Positions 35,924 through 44,390 are shown, counted from the first letter of the stretch. The stretch: DNA of 64,000 nucleotides from Solirubrobacterales bacterium (GCA_041393495.1 JAWKKA010000003.1:99448-163447); one strand, 5' to 3'. The notes: generated from the letters alone by a model not told the origin. Program-made: numbers and translations.

Positions 35924-38900
35924 TTGGGAGCGGGAGGATCGACTCGGCTGCGCGTTCGCGGCGCCCGGCTGCGGGCGGCCACGGCCGCAGCCGTCGCGTT
36001 CGCGGCGCTGGCGATGGCCGGGATGCCCGCATCGAGCGCCTCCGCCGCATTTCCCTACAGCCGCAACGCCTCGCCGACCGGCTACGACGACCTCTGGTTG
36101 AACGCCGGTCAGGTACCCGGCGATCTCGGCGGCAACACGTTCAAGTTCGCGGCGACGCCGGATCCGGCCAACACGGCCGACAACGCCAGCCCGGTCGAGC
36201 TCGGCGGCATCCGCGGCGCCCACGTCGTCGACGCCGACGCGAGCGCTGAGACCGCCTTCCGGACGACCACCGGCCGGCCCGACGTGACGATCGCCGTGAT
36301 CGACTCCGGGATCGAGTGGAACGACGCCGGCGCGATGGGCGACCTGCGGATGAAGACCAGGATCAGCACCGGCGAGGCGCCGAAGCCGCGCAACGGCGGC
36401 CTCGCGACGGCGCACGAGGCCGGCGAGGATTGCAGCGGCGCCGGTCCCTACACCCACGCCGGCGAGTGGGACCTGAACGGCGACGGCGTCTTCAACCTCC
36501 GCGACTACTCCTGCGACGACCGGGTCAGCACCGACACGCCGAAGGGGGTCGGACCGCCCGGAGTGTTCGAGCCGCAGGATCTCCTGATCGCCTTCAGCGA
36601 CGGCGTCGATGACGACGGCAACGGTTACGTCGACGACCTCGTCGGCTGGGACTTCCTCGACGACGACAACGACCCGTTCGACGACGTCCGGTACGGCCAC
36701 GGGACCGGCGAGGCGGAGGACTCGACCGCGGAGGCCGACAACGGCGGCGAGGTCGGCTCCTGCCCGAACTGCATGGCGATCCACCTGCGGGTCGGCGACA
36801 GCTTCGTCGCCGACGTCAACCGCTTCGGCGCCGCCGTCACGTACGCGACCGACAACGGCGCCCAGGTCGTCCAGGAGGCGCTCGGCACGCTCAACAACTC
36901 GAGCCTGGCGCGGCAGGCCGTCGACTACGCCTACCGCCACGGCGTCACCGTGACGGCCTCGGCCGCCGACGAAGCCGCACAGCACAACAACTGGCCCTCG
37001 AGCCTGCCACACGTGATCGTCGCCAACTCGGTCACCGACGGCGACGGCGCCGTCCCGAACAAGTCGTATCTCGCCTTCAACGGCTGCACCAACTTCGGCG
37101 CCAAGATCACGGTCGCGATCCCGAGCACCTCCTGCTCGTCGAACGCGGTCGGCCTCGCCGCCGGGTACGCGGGCCTGATCTACAGCGCCGCCCTGAACGC
37201 GCGCGACGCCGGCGCCCTCGACCCCTACCCGGACGCTTCGAAGTGCGAGCTCGTCGGCGGCGGGCCGTGCCCGATCACCCCGAACGAGGTCAGGCAACTC
37301 CTCGCGTCGGGATCCTTCGCCGGGACGCCACAGGCCGACGACATCGACTTCGCCGGCTCGCCACCGGGGTCGGCGAACGAGCCGTCGTGCTCGCCGGCGC
37401 CGCTGCCCGACTGCACGGGCCCGTACGGGCCCGGCGGGACCTTGCTCGACCAGGTGATCGCCAACCGGCAGGTCTTCGGCGCGCCGGTGCCGTCGCAGAG
37501 CTACCCGGCGCGGCGCGGCTTCGACCAGTTCTATGGCTACGGCCGCGCGAACGTCAACCGCGCGGTCAAGGCCCTGGTCGACGATCCGGCCGCGCCGAGC
37601 GACGCCGAGCTGCCGCCCGAGGCCGAGATCGACTCGCCGCAGTGGTTCGCCGAGGTCGACCCGGCCCGGGCTGGCCTCGATGTCGCCGGGACCGTCTTCG
37701 CCCGCGGCGAGCCCTACCGCTGCCGGCTCGAGGTCGCCCCCGGCCAGTACCCGAGCAACGCGCTGGCCACCGACTCGCCGCCCGGTGATTTCGCCCTCGT
37801 CGACGGCGGCTGGTGCGACGGCTCGCTGCATGACGGCGACGCCGCCGCGAGCGCGCACGACGGCGTCCTCGGCTCGATCGACCTCGCCGAGCTTCGGGCT
37901 CGCTTCCCGAGCGGGACCGACTTCGCGGGCCCGTCCCCGGTCGCCTCGGCGGCGACCGGGAACGGCCGCCCGTTCTTCGCCCCGAACGCGTTCACCTTCC
38001 GGGTCGTCGTGACGACGGCGTCGGGCACCCCGCGCAGCGGCGAGGATCGGCGAGCCGCCTGGCTGCATCGCGACCGCGAGATGCTCGACGGCTTCCCGCG
38101 GGCGATCCGCCCCGGCGGCGGGCTCGGCGGGCCCGAGGCGGCGCCGACCGCCGACGGGGCCTCCTCACCGGCCTTCGCCGACCTCGACGGCGACAACCGC
38201 AACGAGCTCGTCTTCGCCACCTCCGACGGCTTCGTGCATGCGCTCGACGGCAGCGGCGAGGAGCTGCCGGGCTGGCCGGTGCGCGGCGACGCGCCCGGCT
38301 TCGTCGCCGCGCACGACGCCTCGCCCGCCTACGCCGGCGGCGCGGTCGGCACCGACCTCGGCGGGGCGATCCTCGGGGCGGTCGCGATCGGCGACGGCGA
38401 CGGCGACGGGATCCCCGCGGTCTACGCGGCCGACGCCGAGGGCAAGGTCTACGGCTGGGCGCCCGACGGGAGCCGCGTCTTCACGGAGGAGTCGAACCCG
38501 GACTGGTCCGGAAAGCCGCTCGCGCCGTTCGCCAACGTCCGCGACGGCGAGACGAACCGGACCCAGCACGGCTTCTTCGGCGCCCCGGTCCTCGCCGACC
38601 TCGACGGCGACGGCCGCCAGGAGATCATCACCGCCGGCATGGACCGCCACGTCTACGCCTGGCAAGGCGACGACTCCGACCCCGGTGCGCCCGGCGGCGC
38701 CGCGGCCGCGCCCGGCTATCCGGTCCTCGTCGTCGATCCGGCGAAGGTGGCGGCCGTCGATCCCGACACCCACGCGGTCACCTTCAAGGCCGCTGCCGGG
38801 TCGCTCATGCAGGGGGCGATCATCGACACGCCGGCGGTCGGTGACATCACCGGCGACGGTGTGCCCGAGGTGGTCGTCGGCACCAACGAGGAGTACGAGG

Positions 38901-40603
38901 AGCCGCTGAACCTCGGCAATCCGGGCGGCCTCTCACTGCTGCTCGGTGCCGGCCTTTTCGATCCCGGCAACTCGCGGGTGTTCGCGCTGAAGGCGGGCGG
39001 CGGCGACGACGCCGACCCGCTGCCGGGCGATGCGCTCGTCCCGGGCTGGCCCTTCGACGTCGGCATGCTCCTGACCGAGACGCTGCCGATCGTCGGCGAG
39101 GGGATCGCCGGGCCGCCGGTGATCGGGCCGGTCGACTGCCCCGACGGCGGCGCCGGGAGCAAGGTCGGCGTCGCCACCGCCGCCGGCCCGGCCTACATCG
39201 TCAACGGCGACGGCACCTCCTGCCACGGCGCGAGCGGCGGGCTCGCCAACGCGCTGGCCTCCGACTTCGGCGCGACGGCAACGGCGACCGACTCGCCGAT
39301 GATCCCGGCGCTCGGCAACCCGGCCTTCGGCGCAACCCCGGGCGCCGGGGCCGACGAGCCCGCGTTCATCACCGGAGCGATCGGCCTCTTCAAGGCGCTC
39401 GACCTGCAGCTCGTCGACTACCAGGGCGGCCAGGACCTGGTCGGGGTCTGGGATCCGGCGAGCGGGGCGCAGCGCGCCGGCTTCCCGGCGACCGTCAACG
39501 ACCTCCAGCTTCTGACCGGCCCGGCGGTCGCCGACATCGGCGCCGGCGGGGGTGAGGCGATCCTGGCCGGGAGCTCGAGCCAGGACCTCGTTGCCTACGG
39601 CCCCGGCGGGACGCCGGTCGGCGGCTGGCCGAAGCTGACCACCGACTGGACCGTCGCGACGCCGCTCGTCGGCAGCTTCGGCACCATCGACACGAAGGGC
39701 TCGGCGCGCAAGGTCGTCATCGGGCTCACCCGCTCGGGCTACGTCCATGCCTACCGCACCGGGGCGCAGGCCTGCACGCCGTCCTCCTCACCGCGCTTTC
39801 ATCACGACAACGCGAATTCCGGCGACTACTCGCGCGATGCGGTCCTGCCGGGTGTGCCGACGAAGCTGAAGTCGAGGGACGGGAAGCTGAGCTTCGACGC
39901 GCCCGGCGACGACCTGCTCTGCGGCACGGTCGACCACTACGAGCTCGCGACGGCAAAGCAGCGGATCGACGAGGCGTCGTTCGCCAAGGCCAAGCGGCTG
40001 CGGGAGATCGGGCATTCGCAGGCGCCCGGCGCCGGGCAGACGTTGAGGGTCCCGGCCGCCTCGCGGGGCTGGATCGCGCTCCGCGCCGTCGACGAGCAGG
40101 GCAACGTCGGCCGCGTCGCCGCGGTGCGGGCGAAGCCGTCGCAGCAGCGCTGCGACAACCGGGTCCCCGGCACGAGCGGGCCCGATCGGCTGCTCGGGAC
40201 CGGCGGCGGCGACCGGATCCACGGCCACGGCGGCGACGATCGCATCGACGGCCGCGGCGGCGCCGACTGCATCCGCGGCGGAACGGGGAGCGACCGCCTC
40301 GATGGCGGCCGGGGCCGCGACAGGATCAACGGCGGCGCCGGCGGCGACCGGCTCCGCGGCGACGCCGGAGCCGACAGCCTGCGCGGCGGCAACGGTGGCG
40401 ACCATCTCGCCGGCGGCACCGGCGGCGACCGGATCAGCGGCGGCGGCGGCCGCGACCGGATCGACGGCGGCGACGGCGGCGACCGGATCGATGCTGCCGA
40501 CGGGCGCCGCGACCGGGTTCGCTGCGGGCCCGGGCACGACCGCGTTGCCGCCGACCGCGAGGACCGCGTCGCCGGCAACTGCGAGCGCGTTCGTCGGCGC
40601 TGA
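35924..40603 (+). CDS. Giant secreted S8 subtilisin-like peptidase fused to FG-GAP/VCBS-type propeller repeats and a C-terminal RTX calcium-binding block
   Basis: Signal peptide AAVAFAALAMAGMPASSASA. Catalytic triad candidates VIDSGI (D), HGTGEA (H) and PSTSCSSNAVGLAAG (S). There are at least four DLDGDG-type loops and 11 GGxGxDxxx nonamers. Confidence 0.8.
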   Translation: MGAGGSTRLRVRGARLRAATAAAVAFAALAMAGMPASSASAAFPYSRNASPTGYDDLWLNAGQVPGDLGGNTFKFAATPDPANTADNASPVELGGIRGAHVVDADASAETAFRTTTGRPDVTIAVIDSGIEWNDAGAMGDLRMKTRISTGEAPKPRNGGLATAHEAGEDCSGAGPYTHAGEWDLNGDGVFNLRDYSCDDRVSTDTPKGVGPPGVFEPQDLLIAFSDGVDDDGNGYVDDLVGWDFLDDDNDPFDDVRYGHGTGEAEDSTAEADNGGEVGSCPNCMAIHLRVGDSFVADVNRFGAAVTYATDNGAQVVQEALGTLNNSSLARQAVDYAYRHGVTVTASAADEAAQHNNWPSSLPHVIVANSVTDGDGAVPNKSYLAFNGCTNFGAKITVAIPSTSCSSNAVGLAAGYAGLIYSAALNARDAGALDPYPDASKCELVGGGPCPITPNEVRQLLASGSFAGTPQADDIDFAGSPPGSANEPSCSPAPLPDCTGPYGPGGTLLDQVIANRQVFGAPVPSQSYPARRGFDQFYGYGRANVNRAVKALVDDPAAPSDAELPPEAEIDSPQWFAEVDPARAGLDVAGTVFARGEPYRCRLEVAPGQYPSNALATDSPPGDFALVDGGWCDGSLHDGDAAASAHDGVLGSIDLAELRARFPSGTDFAGPSPVASAATGNGRPFFAPNAFTFRVVVTTASGTPRSGEDRRAAWLHRDREMLDGFPRAIRPGGGLGGPEAAPTADGASSPAFADLDGDNRNELVFATSDGFVHALDGSGEELPGWPVRGDAPGFVAAHDASPAYAGGAVGTDLGGAILGAVAIGDGDGDGIPAVYAADAEGKVYGWAPDGSRVFTEESNPDWSGKPLAPFANVRDGETNRTQHGFFGAPVLADLDGDGRQEIITAGMDRHVYAWQGDDSDPGAPGGAAAAPGYPVLVVDPAKVAAVDPDTHAVTFKAAAGSLMQGAIIDTPAVGDITGDGVPEVVVGTNEEYEEPLNLGNPGGLSLLLGAGLFDPGNSRVFALKAGGGDDADPLPGDALVPGWPFDVGMLLTETLPIVGEGIAGPPVIGPVDCPDGGAGSKVGVATAAGPAYIVNGDGTSCHGASGGLANALASDFGATATATDSPMIPALGNPAFGATPGAGADEPAFITGAIGLFKALDLQLVDYQGGQDLVGVWDPASGAQRAGFPATVNDLQLLTGPAVADIGAGGGEAILAGSSSQDLVAYGPGGTPVGGWPKLTTDWTVATPLVGSFGTIDTKGSARKVVIGLTRSGYVHAYRTGAQACTPSSSPRFHHDNANSGDYSRDAVLPGVPTKLKSRDGKLSFDAPGDDLLCGTVDHYELATAKQRIDEASFAKAKRLREIGHSQAPGAGQTLRVPAASRGWIALRAVDEQGNVGRVAAVRAKPSQQRCDNRVPGTSGPDRLLGTGGGDRIHGHGGDDRIDGRGGADCIRGGTGSDRLDGGRGRDRINGGAGGDRLRGDAGADSLRGGNGGDHLAGGTGGDRISGGGGRDRIDGGDGGDRIDAADGRRDRVRCGPGHDRVAADREDRVAGNCERVRRR
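40196..40492 (+). repeat. Coding 27-bp periodic repeat (11 consecutive RTX nonapeptides) inside the S8 gene
   Basis: GTGGGDRIH GHGGDDRID GRGGADCIR GGTGSDRLD GGRGRDRIN GGAGGDRLR GDAGADSLR GGNGGDHLA GGTGGDRIS GGGGRDRID GGDGGDRID. Confidence 0.8.
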
Positions 40604-40714
40604 GCCCCTCGCCACAGTCCCGCGCGCGGCCACCCGCCCGGGCCGCACCCGGCCAACGCGAGGTGTCCCGACGTCCTCCCCGGGGACGTTTCCGCTACCC
40701 CGCCGGCGGCGGGA

Positions 40715-41449
40715 TCAGCCGCGGATCGCGGCCTGCTCGAGCAGCATCCGCATCGTCGCCGGCTCGCCGGACATCGGCTCGGAGTGACCGGCGGCGACGA
40801 TCCGCGGCTCGAGCGCGGCGAGCTTGCGGAGGCTCTCGATCGCCTGGTCGTGATCCTGGTTGAAGACCCGGTTCGGGACGTTCGCCCAGTCGACGGGCTT
40901 GAACTTCAGCGAGTCGACGAAGTAGGTCGTGTCGCTGACGATCGCGACGCGGTCGCTCTCCCGCCAGAGCCCGATCAGGCCCGGGGCGTGGCCGGGGAAG
41001 TGCTTGACGACGAAGCCGGCGATCTCGTCACCCTCCTCGACGGTGTCGGCGACCTTGGCGGGGCCGCCGTCCCAGTGGGCGAGCAGCCTCGGATAGAGGA
41101 GGCGCGGCAGCCGGTAGGGGATCCGGTCGAGCGTGAAGTAGTGGTAGCCGCCGTCGCCCTCGACGTCGGCACGCTCGTCGGGGTGGCAGATCACCGGCAC
41201 GCCGAGCTCCGGGGCGATGCCGCGGTGGTCGGCGTGACCGTGGCCGAGGACGAGGCGCTTGATCGGCCCGAGCCGAGCGGCCGCCTCGCGCACGCCGGCG
41301 GTCATCGCCGCGGTGCCGCCGTCGAAGACCGTCACCCCGTCGTCCTCGGTGAGGAAGTACACGTTCATCGCCTGGCGGAGGTCGCCGGCGTGACGCCAGA
41401 CGCCCGGGGCGACCTGCTCGGTGATCGGCTTGAGCGGGTTCAGCGCCAT
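40715..41449 (-). CDS. MBL-fold metallo-hydrolase
   Basis: LGHGHADHRG motif. I chose ATG 41449 (MALNPLKPITEQV...); the ORF-track extension runs into the tandem repeat. Confidence 0.75.
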   Translation of the reverse strand: MALNPLKPITEQVAPGVWRHAGDLRQAMNVYFLTEDDGVTVFDGGTAAMTAGVREAAARLGPIKRLVLGHGHADHRGIAPELGVPVICHPDERADVEGDGGYHYFTLDRIPYRLPRLLYPRLLAHWDGGPAKVADTVEEGDEIAGFVVKHFPGHAPGLIGLWRESDRVAIVSDTTYFVDSLKFKPVDWANVPNRVFNQDHDQAIESLRKLAALEPRIVAAGHSEPMSGEPATMRMLLEQAAIRG

Positions 41450-41467
41450 CGCGGGCGCAACCCTAGT

Positions 41468-41621
41468 CGACCGCCTCCGCGGGGTCTCGAGCGATCGTGC
41501 TTGGCGCCATCGCCGGCGGAGCCCCTCCTCGGCCGCCTCCGCGGGGTCTCGAGCGATCGTGCCCGGCGCCATCGCCGGCGGAGCCCCTCCTCGACCGCCC
41601 CCGCGGGGTCTCGAGCGATCC
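41468..41621. repeat. 62-bp tandem repeat, 2.5 units, filling the divergent MBL / tadA intergenic region
   Basis: Units lie at 41468-41529, 41530-41591 (about 4 mismatches) and 41592-41621 (partial). The period is not a multiple of 3. Each unit carries CCGCGG, CTCGAG, CGATCG and GGCGCC palindromes. Confidence 0.8.
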
Positions 41622-41642
41622 CCGGTTCCCTACGCTTCGCCG

Positions 41643-41729
41643 ATGCCCCGCACGTGGACCGTCGCGATGGTGATCCTCGTCGTCTGCCTCGCCGCCTCGA
41701 TCGTGATCGCGGTGACGAAGCTCTGGTGA
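41643..41729 (+). CDS. Candidate 28-aa single-TM micro-protein upstream of and overlapping tadA
   Basis: MPRTWTVAMVILVVCLAASIVIAVTKLW. All 28 codons end in G/C. The stop overlaps the tadA GTG start (GTGA). Confidence 0.4.
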   Translation: MPRTWTVAMVILVVCLAASIVIAVTKLW

Positions 41730-42211
41730 GCGACGAGGAGCTGATGCGGCTCGCCCTCGCGGCCGCCCGGATGGCGCCCGAGCACGACGACGTGCCGATC
41801 GGCGCCGTCGTCGCCCGCGACGGCGTCCCGCTCGCCACCGCCGCCAACGAGCGCGAGCTGCGCCGCGATCCGACGGCACACGCCGAGATCCTCGCGCTCC
41901 GCGAGAGCGCCGAGATCCTCGGTGGCTGGCGGCTGCCGGGCACGACCCTCTACGTCACGCTCGAGCCGTGCGCGATGTGCGCCGGCGCGATCATCCTCGC
42001 CCGGGTCCCCCGCGTCGTCTACGCCGCCGCCGACCCGAAGGCCGGCGCCTGTGGCTCGGTCCTCGACGTGCTCGGCGAGCCTCGCCTCAACCACCACCCC
42101 GAGGTCGAGTCCGGGCTGCTCGCGGAGGAGGCCGCGGAGCTTCTCCGCGCGTTCTTTCGCGACCGGCGCGGCGGCTCGGCCTGGAAGTCAGCCGCCGGCC
42201 CGGGCGGGTAG
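41726..42211 (+). CDS. tadA: tRNA adenosine(34) deaminase
   Basis: HAEILALR (zinc His/Glu) and TLEPCAMCAGAI (PCxxC). GTG 41726 chosen; ATG 41744 is the alternative. Confidence 0.85.
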   Translation: MSDEELMRLALAAARMAPEHDDVPIGAVVARDGVPLATAANERELRRDPTAHAEILALRESAEILGGWRLPGTTLYVTLEPCAMCAGAIILARVPRVVYAAADPKAGACGSVLDVLGEPRLNHHPEVESGLLAEEAAELLRAFFRDRRGGSAWKSAAGPGG

Positions 42212-43261
42212 GGACAGGGCCCCGCCGGCAGCATCGACCGCCGGCAGGAGGATCGAGACGGTCGTGCCGGCTCCAGGCCGCGCATCGATCTGCAGCTCGC
42301 CGCCGGCGGAGCGGGCGATCGAGCGGGCGCCGGCGAGCCCGAGGCCGTTGCTCCCGGCGGCGCCCACCTTGGTCGAGAAGTACGGCTCGGCCGCCCGCCG
42401 CGCGACCTCGGCGCTCATTCCCGGGCCGTCGTCGGCGAAGCCGATCCGGACGTGCCAGCCGGTCCCGAGTGCGGGGTTCCCGGGGGCGATCGCCACGAGC
42501 CCGGCGGCGATCGTCACGACGCCGCCGGCCGGCATCGCCTCGCGGGCGTTCGCGGCGAGGTTGAGCAGGACCCGCTCGAGCTCGGTGACGCCGATCGCGA
42601 CGTGGGGGAGGGCAGCCGCGATCTCGACGCCGAGCCGGATCCCGGGTCCGAGCGCCCGCTCGATCAGCCGCCGTGATCCGGCGAGCGCCGTCGCGACCGC
42701 GAGCGGTCTCGCGCCGCAACCCGGCCCCGCTCCGGCAGCGACCCGCGAGCTGCCGAGCAGCCTGCGGCTCAGCTCGGTCCCGCGCCGCGCCGCCGCGCGG
42801 ATCTCCTCGGCCCGCTCGAGCTGGGCGCCCTCGGCGACGGCGGCGATCTCGCCGGCGCAGGCCATGATCACCGCGAGCAGGTTGTTGAAGTCGTGGGCGA
42901 CCTCGGCGCTGCGGCGGCCGAGGTCCGGCGGCACCGGCTCGGGCTCCGTCGGTCCCGCCCGCACCGGTTCGGGCCCGGGCCGCAGCGGCTCGCGCCGCCC
43001 CGGCTCGGGCTGCGCCAGCTTCGGCTCCGCCCGCGGTCGCTGCGACCGCGGCCGCGAGCGCTCCGGCATGGCGACGGGGGCGGAGCCCGCGAACTCGCCC
43101 ACCGCCGCGGCGTCCTGCCACGGACCGGACCGCCGCCCGGCCCCACCGTCCGTCGGCTCCTCCGCTTCCCAGGGCAACCGGCCGGCGAAATGCCGGCGCC
43201 GTTCCGGGTCGGTCGCTGCTGTCGCGCGCTCCACCATGCTTCCACGCGGCCCGCGGGCCAC
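42188..43261 (-). CDS. Soluble orphan sensor histidine kinase (HisKA plus HATPase_c, no recognisable sensor domain)
   Basis: H-box EVAHDFNNLLAVI, N-box LLNLAANAREA, G1 DDGPGM, G2 GLGLAG. The first roughly 110 aa are Pro/Glu/Arg-rich and the start is uncertain. The 3' end overlaps tadA convergently by 24 nt. Confidence 0.7.
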   Translation of the reverse strand: MARGPRGSMVERATAATDPERRRHFAGRLPWEAEEPTDGGAGRRSGPWQDAAAVGEFAGSAPVAMPERSRPRSQRPRAEPKLAQPEPGRREPLRPGPEPVRAGPTEPEPVPPDLGRRSAEVAHDFNNLLAVIMACAGEIAAVAEGAQLERAEEIRAAARRGTELSRRLLGSSRVAAGAGPGCGARPLAVATALAGSRRLIERALGPGIRLGVEIAAALPHVAIGVTELERVLLNLAANAREAMPAGGVVTIAAGLVAIAPGNPALGTGWHVRIGFADDGPGMSAEVARRAAEPYFSTKVGAAGSNGLGLAGARSIARSAGGELQIDARPGAGTTVSILLPAVDAAGGALSLPARAGG

Positions 43262-43429
43262 GTGGTCGCTGTTTCGCCGCCGCCGACCCGCTCCCTGCGC
43301 GTACCCGCCACCGCCACCGCCTCCAGTGTTCCGCGGAGCACTCAGCGGGAGCGATCAGTGGCTCCGCCGATGGGCGGCAGGGATCGTCGCCCGCGGGCGA
43401 AGTCGCCGGCCGGCGCGATCCGGCGTGTG

Positions 43430-43452
43430 CACGAGACGTGTAGAATCGTGCC
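43430..43452 (+). promoter_or_regulatory. Candidate -10 box (TAGAAT, 43441-43446) 6 nt upstream of the antitoxin ATG, with a small CACG-AGA-CGTG palindrome
   Basis: Sequence GTGCACGAGACGTGTAGAATCGTGCCATG. There is no SD sequence, and the spacing implies a leaderless or near-leaderless mRNA. Confidence 0.35.
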
Positions 43453-43707
43453 ATGGGCACAGCAAGGCGCCTCAACGTCACTCTCGAGCCCGAACATGCC
43501 GAGAAGCTCCGGGCGCTGGCGGCGCGGACGCACGTGAAGGAAGGGACGCTGGCCCGATCGCTGCTCGCAGCAGCCCTCGATCGCGCCGACCCGGATCCCG
43601 CCGAGGTGACGGCGCTTCTCGACGGCATTCCCGGTGCGCTCGACCGGGCACGCGCCGCCGGGCGTGCCGCCGAACGCGGCGATCACGTGGCGATCGACGA
43701 GCTCTGA
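43453..43707 (+). CDS. Ribbon-helix-helix (CopG-like) antitoxin
   Basis: 84 aa. RRLNVTLEPEHAEKLRALAARTHVKEGTLARSLL is a typical RHH beta-strand plus two helices. It sits directly upstream of a ParE/RelE toxin gene. Confidence 0.7.
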   Translation: MGTARRLNVTLEPEHAEKLRALAARTHVKEGTLARSLLAAALDRADPDPAEVTALLDGIPGALDRARAAGRAAERGDHVAIDEL

Positions 43708-43710
43708 GCG

Positions 43711-43998
43711 TTGGCCGAGGTACGGCTCAGCCGCCTCGCCGTCGAAGACCTCGGTGCGCTGATCGTCAGCCATGGGCTTCCCGACGACACGCGGGCACGG
43801 GTCGCGGCCTCGTTGCGACCGCTCGAACCGTTTCCCCTGATCGGACGTGAGCTCGAGGGCGCGTGGCAGGGGATGCGGTTCCTGATCGGCCCTTGGCCGT
43901 GGATGTTGGTCATCTACGCATACGAAGAGTCCGCCGAAATCGTGACGGTGCTCTCGATCCACGACGGACGGACGTCGACGGCCGCGACCGCCGGCTGA
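43711..43998 (+). CDS. ParE/RelE-family type II toxin
   Basis: 95 aa, TTG start 3 nt after the antitoxin stop. FLIGPWPWMLVIYAYEESAEIVTVLSIHDGR matches the ParE/RelE C-terminal sheet pattern. Confidence 0.7.
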   Translation: MAEVRLSRLAVEDLGALIVSHGLPDDTRARVAASLRPLEPFPLIGRELEGAWQGMRFLIGPWPWMLVIYAYEESAEIVTVLSIHDGRTSTAATAG

Positions 43999-44132
43999 GC
44001 ACCGGGCCCTGCGGTTGCGTTCAGCCCGGGTTGACGTCCCGGCGGTTCCGTTCGGCCGGTGCGGACGTTCGCGATGCGGCGGTCGCGGACGATCGACCGG
44101 GACGGGGGCGCCCGGCGCCCGGTCGAGCCGAG

Positions 44133-44221
44133 CGGAGAGGGTGGGATTCGAACCCACGAGGCAGCTCACGCCGCCCACACGATTTCCAGTCGTGCACCTT
44201 AAGCCGCTCGGTCACCTCTCC
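44133..44221 (-). tRNA. tRNA-Ser (anticodon GGA)
   Basis: The reverse complement GGAGAGGTGACCGAGCGGCTTAAGGTGCACGACTGGAAATCGTGTGGGCGGCGTGAGCTGCCTCGTGGGTTCGAATCCCACCCTCTCCG folds as a class II tRNA with a long variable arm and anticodon loop CUGGAAA. CCA is not encoded. Confidence 0.9.
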
Positions 44222-44390
44222 GGGCGAGCCCGGAAGATACCGGGGCCGGGAGGAGCCGCTCGGCGTCCGACTCCGCGCGGGGGTCGCCGTCCGTCACCGC
44301 CCACCGCATCGAGGAGCACGCGAACCTCGCCGAGCTGCTGCCCGAGCTCCACGCCCGCTACGGCCCCGCCGCAAGCGGGTAGTGCCGCCG

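Noticed and set aside
40196-40492. The 27-bp periodic DNA repeat and the roughly 120-bp periodicity at 57.3-58.6 kb, considered as non-coding VNTRs.
   Set aside because: Both lie in frame inside long ORFs and encode well-known protein repeats (RTX nonapeptides and RCC1-like blades).
41468-41621. The tandem repeats at 6.3 kb and 41.5 kb, considered as CRISPR arrays.
   Set aside because: Units abut head-to-tail with no unique spacers, there are only 2.5-5 copies, and no cas genes are present in the window.
44021-44215. ORF-track entries overlapping tRNA genes (44021-44215 minus, 63556-63747 plus, 49817-50041 plus).
   Set aside because: They are explained by the tRNA-Ser, tRNA-Val and tRNA-Ser genes, and their products have no protein-like features.
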